Assembly: GCA_022605425.2 (NCBI GenBank)
Contig: JAKIMF020000001.1
Coordinates: 2,604,001-2,668,000, forward strand
Direction of reading: 5' to 3'
DNA from: Hamiltosporidium tvaerminnensis FI-OER-3-3
Taxonomy: Eukaryota; Fungi; Microsporidia
Length of the DNA stretch: 64,000 nt
Part shown: positions 35,688 through 48,752 of the stretch, piece after piece
How the letters are laid out: each line of letters starts with the position of its first letter
Position numbering within the stretch: the stretch's first letter is position 1
Notes under the pieces: model-generated
Seen by the model: the letters and a program-made list of their open reading frames with translations, nothing else
What the model was told of the DNA's origin: nothing
Databases searched by the model: none
Program-made: the position numbers and the translations under genes

Positions 35688-36471
35688 GGGGATATAATAT
35701 TTTCAACTTATATATTTGATAATTGTCTAAAAAACATAAATTTTTTTTCTAATAATTAACCAAAAATAGAATAACATTTTTTTTTTCAAAAAATTTTCGT
35801 CTTTTTATTGGTCTTTTATAAAATTTTGATCAAATAAAGTTTTTTTGGTAAATTTGTAATCTGATTTATCATCTCATTTGATCAATAAAAATATTATAAC
35901 AAATTATCATAGTTTTATTTGTTCAAACAAACAATATTAAACATACAAATATCTTTTCATCGTAAAATTTTTAGAAATTATTAAATCAGAAAAATATAAA
36001 ATAGAAAGTTTTTTTTGGTAGTTTTATAAACGAAGGATAGATTTTTCCTGGTTTAGTTAAAACTTTCAAATCTTTGATTTTATACAAATATTTGTAATTT
36101 TAAAAAATGAAACTTGCAGCTGCTTTATTTAAAAAATTATTTCTTGTGAACTCAAAAATTATACGAACAACTATAAAAATAAATTAGAAAAAAAAATTTA
36201 CGATTGTATCAACGGATTCAAAATCTCTTGATTTAGCTTATAAGATTGCAATATCATGATTTATTTAGAGCTGACAATTAAATTATTGAATCAATTGATT
36301 AATCATTTTAAAATTTAACAAAAATATAATTTTTTTATTTAAAAGGGGTTAATCAATATTTTATTTGGTTAATTTTTACTTTTTTTTTATTGGATCTTAA
36401 ATGCAGAAGAATATTTTCTCAAGAATTTGATAAATATTATGTATATATAAATAAAGATTGAAATTATTCAA

Positions 36472-39400
36472 AATGGGTAGAAAGAAAAATGTTAGCAGCG
36501 AAATATCGAATAATACCAAAATAAAGGCTGCAAACGACGCTGATGAGGTGAAAAAGAGTGATAGTGAGATACAAAAATGTAAGCTACACCCACCGGCGAT
36601 TCCCCTACCTTCCTCCTCCTACACAACAATAACACCTCCACCACCAAGCCAAACATGCAGTAAAATGCAAAATAGTGGGCTTGACACCTTACCTTCGCCT
36701 AATGCACCAGTTCCCTCTTCGGTTGAAGTCTCTGCGTGCGAGCCATCGTACGACATGACAAGCCCCTGTACTCTAGCTATTCCGGAAGGTAACAGGCTAA
36801 TGGCATTGCGGACGATATTCGATTCCGTAACAGCCGACCCGAAGGAATGGCCTCGAATTGTTTTTTTTGCAGTACAGACAAGGTTTGAAAGAATGCCAAG
36901 AAATGGCTGGACAGAGCTTCACAGGTACTATAATGAGAAATTCGGCTGCACTGAAACTCTCGAAGTGTTAAAAAAATTGGCACAAAGTGAGATGGGAAAG
37001 GATGTAAAATCAGAAGAGAATGGAGAGCGACGTAGAATCGCCACTTGTCTCGCTGATACATGCACCTTGACCGACACCACGGAGTACATAAACCTGAGAG
37101 ATAAATTCTTGAGTAAAATCAAAGAAATCTCTGAGAACGAAATTGGAAAAGTAGTGGTCCGAACTAGAAAACATCCAAATGAATTGGTTGATAGTAAAGT
37201 TCTGGATCTCATTAATCGAGTAGTCGGTGAATATGCAGGAGCTCATGTACCTGAGTCAATTACGGAAGCCGCGTATATCATGCAAGCTGCGCAGGTATGC
37301 TATGACGAGGCAACACGCAAAGAAAAGCCTAGATCCGCTTGGAAGGAAAACATAGAAAGTAAAATTTCTAAGTTAGTACTTTCCAAAGATCTTCTCGAGA
37401 AGGCTCGTAAGCAGGAAAAGCTCTCCACTTCGGAAACGAAGAGCCTTAAGAAAATCATGCGAGAGTTTAATTTAAACTTGAGCAGCGTAACTGATCTTTC
37501 TGAGGCTTTAGTTAAGAAGAATGAGTCTTTGAATGTTTACGAGAAAAAAATTACGATGCATGAAAGTAGGAAGCAATTCCGAAAAGAGAATCGTATGTTT
37601 GAGCTTTTCCGAGGTCGATTTTATCGTGGGTTATCTGAGCGTGTGGAATCCGAGCATGTGGTTAGCCGTGATGAAATTGTGAGTTTTTGGTCTACAATGT
37701 GGAACAAAAATGATGACACAGTCACGTACGATGATTATTTGATTCCATTTGTATCAGATAATCATCCGACCACGTTTCCTTCACTTGATGAATTTGTGAA
37801 TATCATTAATTGGCTCCCTAATTGGAAAGCTGCTGGAATTGATGGTATTTACAATTTTTTCATTAAGAAACTTACAACTCTTCACAAATATCTTTATGAT
37901 ATTGTGAAAGTTATATGTTTAGAAGGAACACCTCAAGCTGATTGGTTTACTGCGGGCTTACGTATTTGATACCGAAAGGAATTCCACGAAGAGGCTCTGA
38001 CTACAGGCCAATCACTTGTATGTCCAACCTCTATAAGTTAACGACAAAGTGTGTAACGAAAGTCGTTCAACTTGAAGTGGAAAGGCGAGGGTTGCTTGCA
38101 GAGAACCAACTAGGGGCGGTAAGAGGTGTGCAATGAGCGAAAGAGCAGGCTCTACTGAATATTGCCTTAAATAAAGAGTACGGAAACAATCTTAAGGCAA
38201 CATGGATTGATGTTAAAAAAGCTTATGATTCAATAGATCATGCTTATTTAACTCAATGCATTGAAAACCTTAATTTACCTGATTGGATCCTGAAATTTAT
38301 TAAGGTAATTATATCAAAATGGAAAATTGATATATCAGTAGGGCCTGAAAAAATCATGAGCAAGAAGATTGATAGAGGGATCCTGCAAGGAGATAGTCTG
38401 TCACCTTTGTTATTTGTGTTGTGTATGGATCCATTAAGCCGAAAGCTTAATGAAAAATACACAAAAGTGACAGTACAAACAGATGCAGAATCCCATTCTA
38501 CTAATCATCTCTTGTTTATTGATGATCTTAAGATCCTTGCAAAAGACAGCTCCACATTGAGTGCTATGACAGGCGAGGCAAAGGAATTTTTAGAGGTGAT
38601 TGGCTTAGAGATTAACAAAGAGAAGTCAGCCACAAATGATACGTGTTGTGAAGATACTGCTACTCTTCTAGAAGGTGTTAGTGTTTACAAATATTTAGGA
38701 ATAATAGAAGATAGCAGAGGAATCCCAACACGTAGCTCATTTGAAGAAGTACAGAGCAAACTTATATCAAGAGTTGAAAGACTTTGTCACACTAGATTAA
38801 ATGCAAAAAATTTATTTTCTGCAATCAATCAACATGCGATATCGTTAATCAACTACCACATAGGAGTACTTCGACTTGAACCGGCTGACTTCTCTAAGTT
38901 AGATGATGCAGTGCGTGCGGTGTTGGTTAAAAATAAGATACATCTCCGCCCAGGATGTAAAGAGCGGTTGTATCTTCCTAGAACAGAACTTGGAAGAGGC
39001 CTACATAGTGTTGAGTTGCGAAGCGAACATATGCTTCTGCAACTCTTGGATTGTCTGGAAAAAAGTAAAGAAATATCAACTAGACGAGCAGCAATCCTCA
39101 AGGTGGAGAATAATAATAAAACCCATCTTGCACAATTAACAGGCTTCTTAAAAGTAAAGTACAGGTTGGCAGAAGAAGTCACTAAGAAAAGTTTAGAAGA
39201 AGCTCAACTTGGAAAACTATATAACGAAATAGAAAAACGAAAACTCCATTCAAAGTTATATAATGCAAGGAAAAATGAGCTTGTGAGTGTTAGTGACTCT
39301 TCAAGATGGCTAAAGAGAGGAAATATTAGGCCACGAAATGAAGCTGTGTTCTGCTATATCCAGGATAGAAATGTATTCTGGGGAGCAGATGGTGTGTGTC

Positions 39401-40274
39401 AACATTGCGGGAAGTCTGGTAAGACTGTGGATCATCTAGCAACTAGATGTGAAAAAATGCTAGGCCATGATTACACTAGACGGCATAATGAAGTGGTTAG
39501 ATGCCTACACCTTCTCCTTCTAAATAGATATAAGTTTAAGTCTTCAAAACGAATAAGGAGCCACTCAGTTCAAGAAATTCTTGATAATGAGTATGCAGAG
39601 ATAAGAGTGGACACCAGAATTAAAACTGATGTTAAAATTCGGAATAACAGACCGGACATATTTATTTTAGATAAGAAGAAGAATAAGATAACACTCATTG
39701 AAGTAGGAATCACTTCCCAAGATTCACTTCAAATAGTTGAAACTGAAAAACTTAGGAAGTATGACCTGCTAGCCAATGAGTTGGGCCTTATTTATAAGTG
39801 TAGTGTTGAGATAATCCCTTATGTGATGACCTGGGACGGTATTGTGACAAAATACCATAAATCTCATCTTAAAAGACTAGAAATACCCATGAATGTAGAA
39901 GCATACATTCAGTCTATAGTACTTAAAAAGACAGTCGAAACTATTTCCTTTGATCGACGAAGAGGACTTGAGTCAGGACTAAATGCCGAAGAGAGCTGGG
40001 AGAGAGCGTCAATGGGTGTTATTATGAGATCAGAGATGCATGAGGAACCAATACCCCCTTTAAAAGAAGCGAAAACAGAGGAAGATGGTGCCAAAAATTT
40101 TAAACCAAAATATAAAGCCCCCTTTATTTTACAAGGAGGAACCACTTTAGAGGAACCGACCAATAACATAAATGAAGAGTCGGATTTGGAAGAAGAGACA
40201 AAAGTGGTTAAAGAGGTAGAAGAAAACATGTAAAAAATGGTAAAAAATATTTTAACCCAGAATTTTATTAAATA
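36472..40274 (+). mobile_element. Near-complete non-LTR retrotransposon with restriction-like endonuclease (R4/Dong-like), 3.8 kb
   Basis: Direct repeat gaaattattcaa at 36460-36471 and 40275-40286. The 3' end ttattaaata agrees with the copy ending at 15973. Confidence 0.9.
36473..40233 (+). pseudogene. Single ORF (~1250 aa), RT + CCHC + RLE, with one frameshift (~37948) and one TGA (38134-38136)
   Basis: WKAAGIDG, TYLIPK..DYRPITC, WIDVKKAYDSIDH, GILQGDSLSPLLF, HLLFIDDLK, YKYLG, CQHC..H..RC, RRHNEV, NRPDIFILD..LIEV..EKLRKYDLL. Confidence 0.95.
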
Positions 40275-43200
40275 GAAATTATTCAATATTTTTTTTCTTG
40301 CATTATGGCTTATTATAAGACGTAAACGATTTGATTCTGTTAAAAAAATATATCACGAAAATACACATTTTTTTTAATAAAAAAAATTTTGTTTTGTAAT
40401 AAATTATTTTACCATAAAATAACAAAATATGAAACATTTTTTTAATAATTTCTTGTTATATTTGGTATTAAAATAATTTTAAAATATAAAACTAAAACGA
40501 TATTTTTATTTTTGTTTGATTTGGTCCAAAATATGAACATAAAGCCAAAATAGAAACAAACAAGTCTCAATCCTACATAATAGGCGTGATATATCTAGAG
40601 ATTGAGGTATTTTGTATATTTACGTAAAAATATAGTAGAATGCAATTAAAAAACCAAAAAGAAAAGAAGTATTTGCAACTTAACCACATAATTGTTTTAA
40701 GTTTTTTAGAAATATAAGTTAATTTAATTTAAAAATAGAAAATTCTATTATTTTCTCATTTATATATTGGTCGAATATTTTTCCTGATAAATGTTTTGAT
40801 GCTATTTTTTTAATATTTTTCAAAAAAAAATTTCCATAGCATAACATATATCGTAGAGTAAATAATACTTACTATTTTAAAGCAATCAGAATTTTTTTGA
40901 CTTCTTAAGAATCTTTCGACGCAGATTTCATTTACCTTGTACAAAGGGTCATTGTATTTATTAGTTTGATTTTTGTAAAACGTTTCGAGTGCTATACTGC
41001 AGAATGTCAAAAAAATACTTGATTTTTAATTCAGAAGTTTTCTTGCAAAAAAATATCTCAATATTATCTAGTTATATCTGTTTTGCTCGTACTTAAATCA
41101 GGAAAAAAATTGATAATAGTTTATGGATTTGATATTATTTGCTGGAGTTTTGGAAAGTGCTCCTTTCGTCAAGCGATCGCTTATTCAACTGTTTTATCTT
41201 AAAAAATTCTAAAACAGAACATTATGCTCCAGTTCAAAAAAACTTTTTAATTTCTCTAACAAAATATCAGTACAACAATTTTTTTGTGCTTTAAAATTAA
41301 TTATATACTACATAGTTAAACAATTTGATTAATTCTTAAGTAATTTCTAGTCTTAAATATTTCAGTTTTATACATTAAAACAAACCTTCTTATACATTTC
41401 TATCTGAGAAAATATTAAACAAATATTTCATCAAAAAGACACAAATTTGAATTTAGAGGCTATAAATCAAGAAAATGGATAATCTAGAAAAGATATACTT
41501 ATCAAACAGATACAGAAATTCCGAAATCTCGAATCTGAAAAAAAATAAGAAATATTAAAATTTAATAAGAATATAACAAAGTAAAATTCCAAGACGAATC
41601 AATTAAAAATGAATGGAAATCTAGATCAAGGAAATGATAGTTAATACCAGCCCAACCCGAATCTTTTTAGTTCTGTACATTCTCTTGAAAATTTTCTTAA
41701 ATGAAAGTTCGAATAATAACAATAGAATTTTAACCAACTCAGTATAATAAAAAGAATGCCAAGGCTTCTGGTTATTAATGAAGGAGCACAAAAACATTCC
41801 ATTATTTATAAAAATATGAATTAAGTAAAATCAAAAGCGATGAGAAACGAATCCTATTATTTATAAGACAAAGGTTTTGTTCAGAAACGAAACAAGCTTA
41901 TATATTACGGCCTTTTGTACCTCGCAGTATTTAAGGAAACTAAAAAAATTTACAGACTTCATAAACCTTTCAATATTTTGAAGAATCCTATAAATTTAGA
42001 TTTTGCAAATAAAATCTATAAAGTCGAATTAATAGATTATTACTTCTTTGTATTGAATCCCTCTATGATTTTTGTATTATTTACTAGAGACAAAGATAAA
42101 AACATTTTATTTAGGTATTATAAATTTTTAAAGATAGATTTTATTACAATGCGTAAATTTCATTTTCTCAAGGAAAAATGATTAACATATACGCTTATTT
42201 CTTAAATTATTTTTTTTGATTTTATATGGCGCAAATGATACACTACTTTTTTCTTATCTTTCTTATTATTTTTGCTTTCTAGGGGTTACTCTTCTTTTCT
42301 ATGATAGATAATCCGAAATATACGTTGAATTCCAAGAATCTTAATCTTTCTTTTTGCAAAATAAAAATTATATGAGTGTAAAACCGTACATTAAAGTTTT
42401 TAAACTATGTAAATGATTCCTTTTAATATTACCAGATGCTCAGGGACTTATGTAATTTTTTTGGAACAAATAGAAAAAAATAGAAATTTAAAATTTATGG
42501 TTCTTGGTTTAGAAATAAATTTTTTGTTTTGGCTTTTTCCTGACAAAAAATTTAATTGAATGAACAAGCCAGTATTTAAATATATTTCTCAATAAACAAA
42601 AATAGTGCTAAAAATTTTGAACCATTCGGTTTTTTTTCTATGATTTGATTCAAAGTTGTGGTAGATTATTTAAATATATCTAGAACATAGTTCATAAAAA
42701 GATTTTGAAATATCTTTTTGAGAAATTAATATTAATTATTATAGGGAGTCTATTTTATATTTTTCCTCTAACTGTAAGCTTCAACCCAAAATGTGGCTAC
42801 TAAAAAAAATCTAAAGAGCAAAATCCGGATTAATCTGAGAACCCGTTTATTTAACGAAAAGAGTGTACACAGATACCCAAATATTACAAAAGCCGTTATT
42901 ATCCCTTCTTTAATATCAAACCTTTAATAAAAGCATAAACCATAAGAGGTCTATATTTCGATGATTATTCAGAAATAAATTCTTTTTTTATATATTCACA
43001 CTAGAGTTAGCTAAACGAATTGTTTTACACATCATACCTTCAAAATGTAGTCATGTAAATCAAAACTGAAGTTTTACCGTATTATTATAATATTTTGTAT
43101 CATATATACATAGATATTACCAGAATTATTAATATTTTATCCATAGATAATGAATTAGATTGTTTAACCTTACTATCTCTCTAAGAAAATATTAGTTGAT

Positions 43201-46200
43201 TAACATTATAAATTCTACACAATATTTAATAGTAAAATAACAAATTAGCAGTTTTAGGCAACAATTTATAGGATAAAAGGACTACTATTGACTTAAAAAT
43301 CCACCTTTTTAGTTATCATATAGGCTTAAAAATTAAAAAATATCTTTTTACTTGTAAGAAATCTGGAAATTTAAAAATTAAAAATAAAAAAATATTTCTT
43401 GTAAATTTATGCTTTAAGCAGTATTTTAGTTAAATTAGAAATCAACATATAAAGAAATATTATCTTTCTATAAATTTAGTTATACTTTTGAATCAGAGCT
43501 TATATTTTAAAGTTTTAAATTCAAATCAGCAAAAAAACGAAAATATTTTCTCACTATATAAATTTACATTAAAGCAATTAAAACAGCAATAAGTTTAAAA
43601 AGCCTTCCTACGTAAACTCAAATAATAAACTTGAAAAATCGAATGAAAATAGATTTTTTACAAGACTTTAAATACGAATATATTGGCTATGAAATTATCT
43701 TTATACTAAATAGTATAATGATATTATTACCATTTATTTGTGATGATTGCATCTTAATAGAAGATAAATAGACAATTCCAAAATATATTTAAATTAGACA
43801 ATCAAAATACAAATAAAGAATGAAAGTAAATATTCTCAACTTTTATTTCAAAAATATAAACAAAAAAAGATTAAAATATTGTTAAATTCTTTTATAGTTA
43901 TAAGAAAATATGTAGATAATTTAAGATTTTCTATTATTCGGATATATCCTAAAAATATCAATTATGTATAATATTATAACCGAATGATCTTCCTTCGAAT
44001 GTTTAACAATTTATAAAATCCAAGTGATCAATATTTTCTCAAAAAAATAGTCCAAACAGTTCAATGTTTTAATTTATAAAAAATTTAGTTAGGAAATAAC
44101 TTTTTGAAAATTTTAAAATATAATTATACACAGCTTTAATTCACTTAGACTATATTTTTTTAGAACCTATGATTGCTTTAGAAGTTTCAAAAAAAATCAG
44201 AAATGAATTGAAATTATATTACGCGAATAAATAACTCAAATTAATGTTTTAAAAAAATTAATACTTAAACAATAACTTATCAAAAATGTTGTATTAAGCA
44301 TAAGTATAAGAGGTTTAAAAAGAAGAATTTTTATGTATATCCCATATGCATTCTAGTTTATACAACTTAGCACAATATATTTATTTTTTTATTTGTCGCT
44401 GGTAAAATAAATGAACTAAAAACTTTGTATAAAACCTCGAAACGGTATGTAATCATAGCCTATTCGGATCAAAAATAAATTTTTAGCCGTCTGAAAATCG
44501 GTCAAGGTTAATTAATTGTACAAAAAAAAATTTTTAGAGCAATTGAACCTAATGAAATAAAATGTAAAGATTCAAGCGATGTATTCTTTGTACAGTTAGT
44601 TTTTCATATGATGATAAGCTATGGTTATATCTCTAATGTAAACCGCTTGATATAACAAAACAAATACTATTTGTGTTATAAAGAAGTTATTTAATTTTCT
44701 ATTATATTAAGATATAGTTGCTCTATACATTTTTTTGAATTAACTGAATATACTTTAAATTGTCAAGATATTTTAATATGATTTCAACATAAAATTTCCA
44801 TACCCGGTGTGAAGTTTGAATTTTTTAGTGTTTGGTGACTTTCTTTCTGAACAAGAATAAAAGGTACAAGTAAAAGAGGATTTTTCCTAAATAAATAAAT
44901 TCGAATAATAAAATACATATAGATTTTTCATGGTTTCTCTTGCACCAATATAAAGCATAAAAAAATGAATAAGGTTTTTTTATCCTAAAAAGAGAATCGA
45001 TTCCACAACTAATTTGGAAAATTAGGAAATATTTTTACATTAAAATTTATATGCAATAAATTATGTTTATAAACCGATAGAACATCATTACGATCAGATT
45101 TATATAAATTGAGTAAGAATACTAGAACACAGTATTTTTTTTATCCTTACTAATTATATGTTTTGCAGATAAAAGGTTATTGATTGCGAGTTTGATATAA
45201 TAATACAGTCAAAAAATATCATCCCTACCTGTAAAAATGAATAGTAGTAGATATTTATGGAAACTATTTATAAACTTGCTCAATTAATTGCCAATACTAA
45301 TATACAGATTGTATAATAAAGATTTAGTTATCAGAAAATACGTAAATAGACACGAAATTTATGATAATTTAGGTGATAAAATCTTAAAATATAAACCAAA
45401 TAAACGCATCAATTACTGAAAACCAATAAAAACAATTAAAGCCTTTTCTTGAAAAAGTACAATTTAACTAAATTCCAATGATATAAATTAAAATTTAAAA
45501 AAATTACTGAAACAAAAGTTTCTTAAAGAAAAAATCTCTAGTAGAGATATAAATTCAAAATCATTTTAACTATAAAAATGAATTGCTTAAAAATAGAAGA
45601 AAATATTTCTTAAAAACTGATTAAACTTGTTGATATACATATAAATTACAAAAATTCAAATAATTCTCAAAATAGAACTTATCCTATTACCTATATGTTA
45701 ACCTATTAAATAATTACAATATTAAAAATTATATATATAAAAAATTTCTTAGTGAAAATCATCGAACTGTATTCATAATTACAACCGTTTTTCAATTGAT
45801 TGTGATTTATTTATAAACAATCAATTTGGTTATCAACGTATATATTTCATTATTTAAATAAGAAAAAAGATGCAGAGTTTTATTATACGGTGTTGGTTTT
45901 GTATCTAATAATTTGATGTGATTTATTTTTTCAAAACATATTGAGCAGCGAAGAACTATAATGAAAATATGAAAAAATGTAAAAACCTGCATTCTGGGAA
46001 CATTTGAACTTAAATTTTCATTAAAATATGTATGTTAATTTAAGGAAAAGGCGTAAATTTTGCCATATTGTTCTTTTATATAATTATTTTCTAATTATAA
46101 TTCATCAAAAAGTGTTGATGCCGATGGCCCAGTGGTCATGAAAATCCGAGTTTACTTTCAAAGAGAAAGTATAATGTATTAGGTGTAACCCAAAAAAACA

Positions 46201-46901
46201 TGATGGCAAAATTGAACAAATATGAAACCGAAAAAAAGAGATTTATACGGTACTTGCTAGCTTTGAAAATTCGAAATCAAATCGCTGGAAATATTTTTAA
46301 ATTTTATGATATTTGAATTTTCTAGAACATTTCTTTGGTCAACTAAACAAAAATTTAAGAGTTATAAAAAATTATCACTAAAACTAAAATGTATCTTGAT
46401 ATTATAATAAATGGTTGTATTTTTTATTAAATTCAAATATAATGGTTCTAATTCAATAATACAAAAGATCGGAAATTAATATTCTTAGATGATAAAAAGT
46501 ACGAACCGTAAATAACCAGAAATATAAAACTTTCATCTTGTAAAGTAATTTTCTAAAACTGTCATTTTTTAATCTGTATGTCTTAAAGTTTCGGGTTGCT
46601 TGAATCAAATTTCTTTTAGTTAAAAATATTCTACCAGAAAATGCAAATTTCTAAAATTTTTATGGTTCTTGTATTACATGACCCAGAATCTAAAAAAATG
46701 AAAATTTTTAAATTCTAAAAGAATCGATAGAACAATGAAAAATTATATACGTACAAAAAAAGTTAACCATGAAAATTTCATTTAGTTTTCCCGCAACTTT
46801 TACTTTCTTATTAAAACTTTTTGCTACAACTAACCAAAGAAACAACAAAAGAGTTTGGGAACCAAATTCTATAGCTGAAAATAACGATTATTATCCCAGA
46901 A

Positions 46902-48752
46902 TTGATTGATTTTTACTATTTAAGTTTTGCAAAGGTTTTTTTGATACAAAGTGATCCAATTCAACCTCAAGAAATAGAAACATCAACGACCGAATTTCTT
47001 CAAAATAAACAAGAATCTTTCCAAGCGAATCCTCAGACATCTTATTTACATGAAAATTACATACCAGAAGAAAACATAGAAATAAGTTCTTTTGACAATG
47101 CATCACTACATATAACATGCAGCGATGCTAATAAAACTGTAAGTTCAATCTATTCACCTACTCCAATACCAGCATTCCATATTGCGTTTTCCGAAAAGGC
47201 AGGAAAAGAACGAATTTCGGAACATTTTGAAGAGGAATCCATGAAACGAGACGTAGTAAATAAACAATTTACCACAGAAAATACATGCTCTCAACCAATA
47301 ATAAACGATCTGTCTACATTATGTTATGAAGAGGTAAGTATTTTAAATCAGGAATTTCAGCCTGCGAATAAACCAGTAGAAATTCAAATAAATAGATCAA
47401 TACCATATAATGTGAAAGAAAGCGAAACTATTAACAAAACGACATTTTTATCTACAAATAATGAAATTTTGGTTTATGAAGGAATCAAGAATAGGATTGC
47501 AGATGAGCCATCGTTCAATTGTTTTATGAACCAAATAATTTCTGAGAGAAATCTAGATAAAGTAAACCAGGAATCTGTTCAAGTAATAAAACAAGAATTA
47601 CATAGAATTATTTTTAGTTCTGATTCTGTGAATAATTGCACCGAGAATAAATATACTGATGATGGTTTAGACGAGGAAAATATCCTATTCAAGCTTAAAG
47701 ATAAAAATTCAGAATTTTATCGCAACGAATATGAGACATACGAGGGTTTGAAAACAATCTTGAAGTTTAGAACAAAGCTTTTAAAATTCGAAAATACCTT
47801 TCTTTCCGAGCTAGCCACATCTGAATGGGCGAAAATAATCGAACAAAATATGTGTGTCAATCCTCTTGAGAATATTAAAAAATCAAAAATTAATCTAATA
47901 TTTCCGGAGTTAAATCTTTTCTTTGAATCGTTTAAAGCAAACCAGTTTGACTATATTTCGAAAGGGGATATATTATATGTGCATTATCTTTATGAAATTA
48001 TGAGTCTTTTAACATATTCTATTTTTCAAAACAATGAATATTTTCTTAAAAATAAATCAGAGGATGAAATTAGTCGTTCAAAAATCTTAATGAACAGAAG
48101 AATTTTCTTTATGAGAATTTTGATTTCAGAATTGTTTATTTCTTTTGAACAAGATATTTTGAAGGTACAGATTTACCTACTTTAAAATTTATTACATTAT
48201 TTCTCTACTCTTACCCTCAATAGAGCGGTTTACTTTAATACTCTTCTTTTTAAAATAAAAATCCGATATATTTTTAGATTCATATTTGATACAAATATAA
48301 AAACAGGAGAAGATTTTAAAAATAGCTTGCTTTTAGGCCTTATATATCAACTGAAAATGCCCAATGCTTCAAAGTTATTACAAAAAGGATTGTTTGATTT
48401 ATTTCTTAATTATTTTTGTATACCTATTTACATAGATTCGATTCAAGCTCTTATGAACATTTATAGAGATAAATTTGGTAAGGTTTTACAAAATATTTTT
48501 AGCGTAGAAGAAGGAGAAATAAAGAATTTACACCAAAAAATAAATTTGTTAAATTTTTCGCAGAAAACACAAACGCATGACAGTAGAATGCTGGAAATAT
48601 TCTTAGAATTGGAATGCAGAATCAGTAATTTAGAGAGAAGAATTTCGAGAGGTTCTATTCAGTTTATGTCTTTTTACGCAAAAAGAGGCTATGCTAGTGT
48701 TTATAAAAGCATACTCAAACAGGCGGAATTATATTATCGAGTATCTAATTAA
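46902..48752 (+). pseudogene. Paralog of the 22607 gene (~615 codons) with a TTG start and one in-frame TAA (48183-48185)
   Basis: ORFs 46902-48185 and 48327-48752 are in one frame with 47 sense codons between them. Homology to the 22607 protein runs across the stop. CCC at 46895-46897. Confidence 0.85.

Noticed and set aside
46120-46170. tRNA or SINE A-box (tggcccagtgg)
   Set aside because: No proper B-box or cloverleaf downstream.
27294-48185. Reassignment of TAA as a sense codon, suggested by two genes with an in-frame TAA
   Set aside because: TAA ends the zinc-finger, 22607, 33972 and LINE ORFs at plausible C-termini, and the long intact genes have no internal TAA. One or two stops fit mutation or error better.
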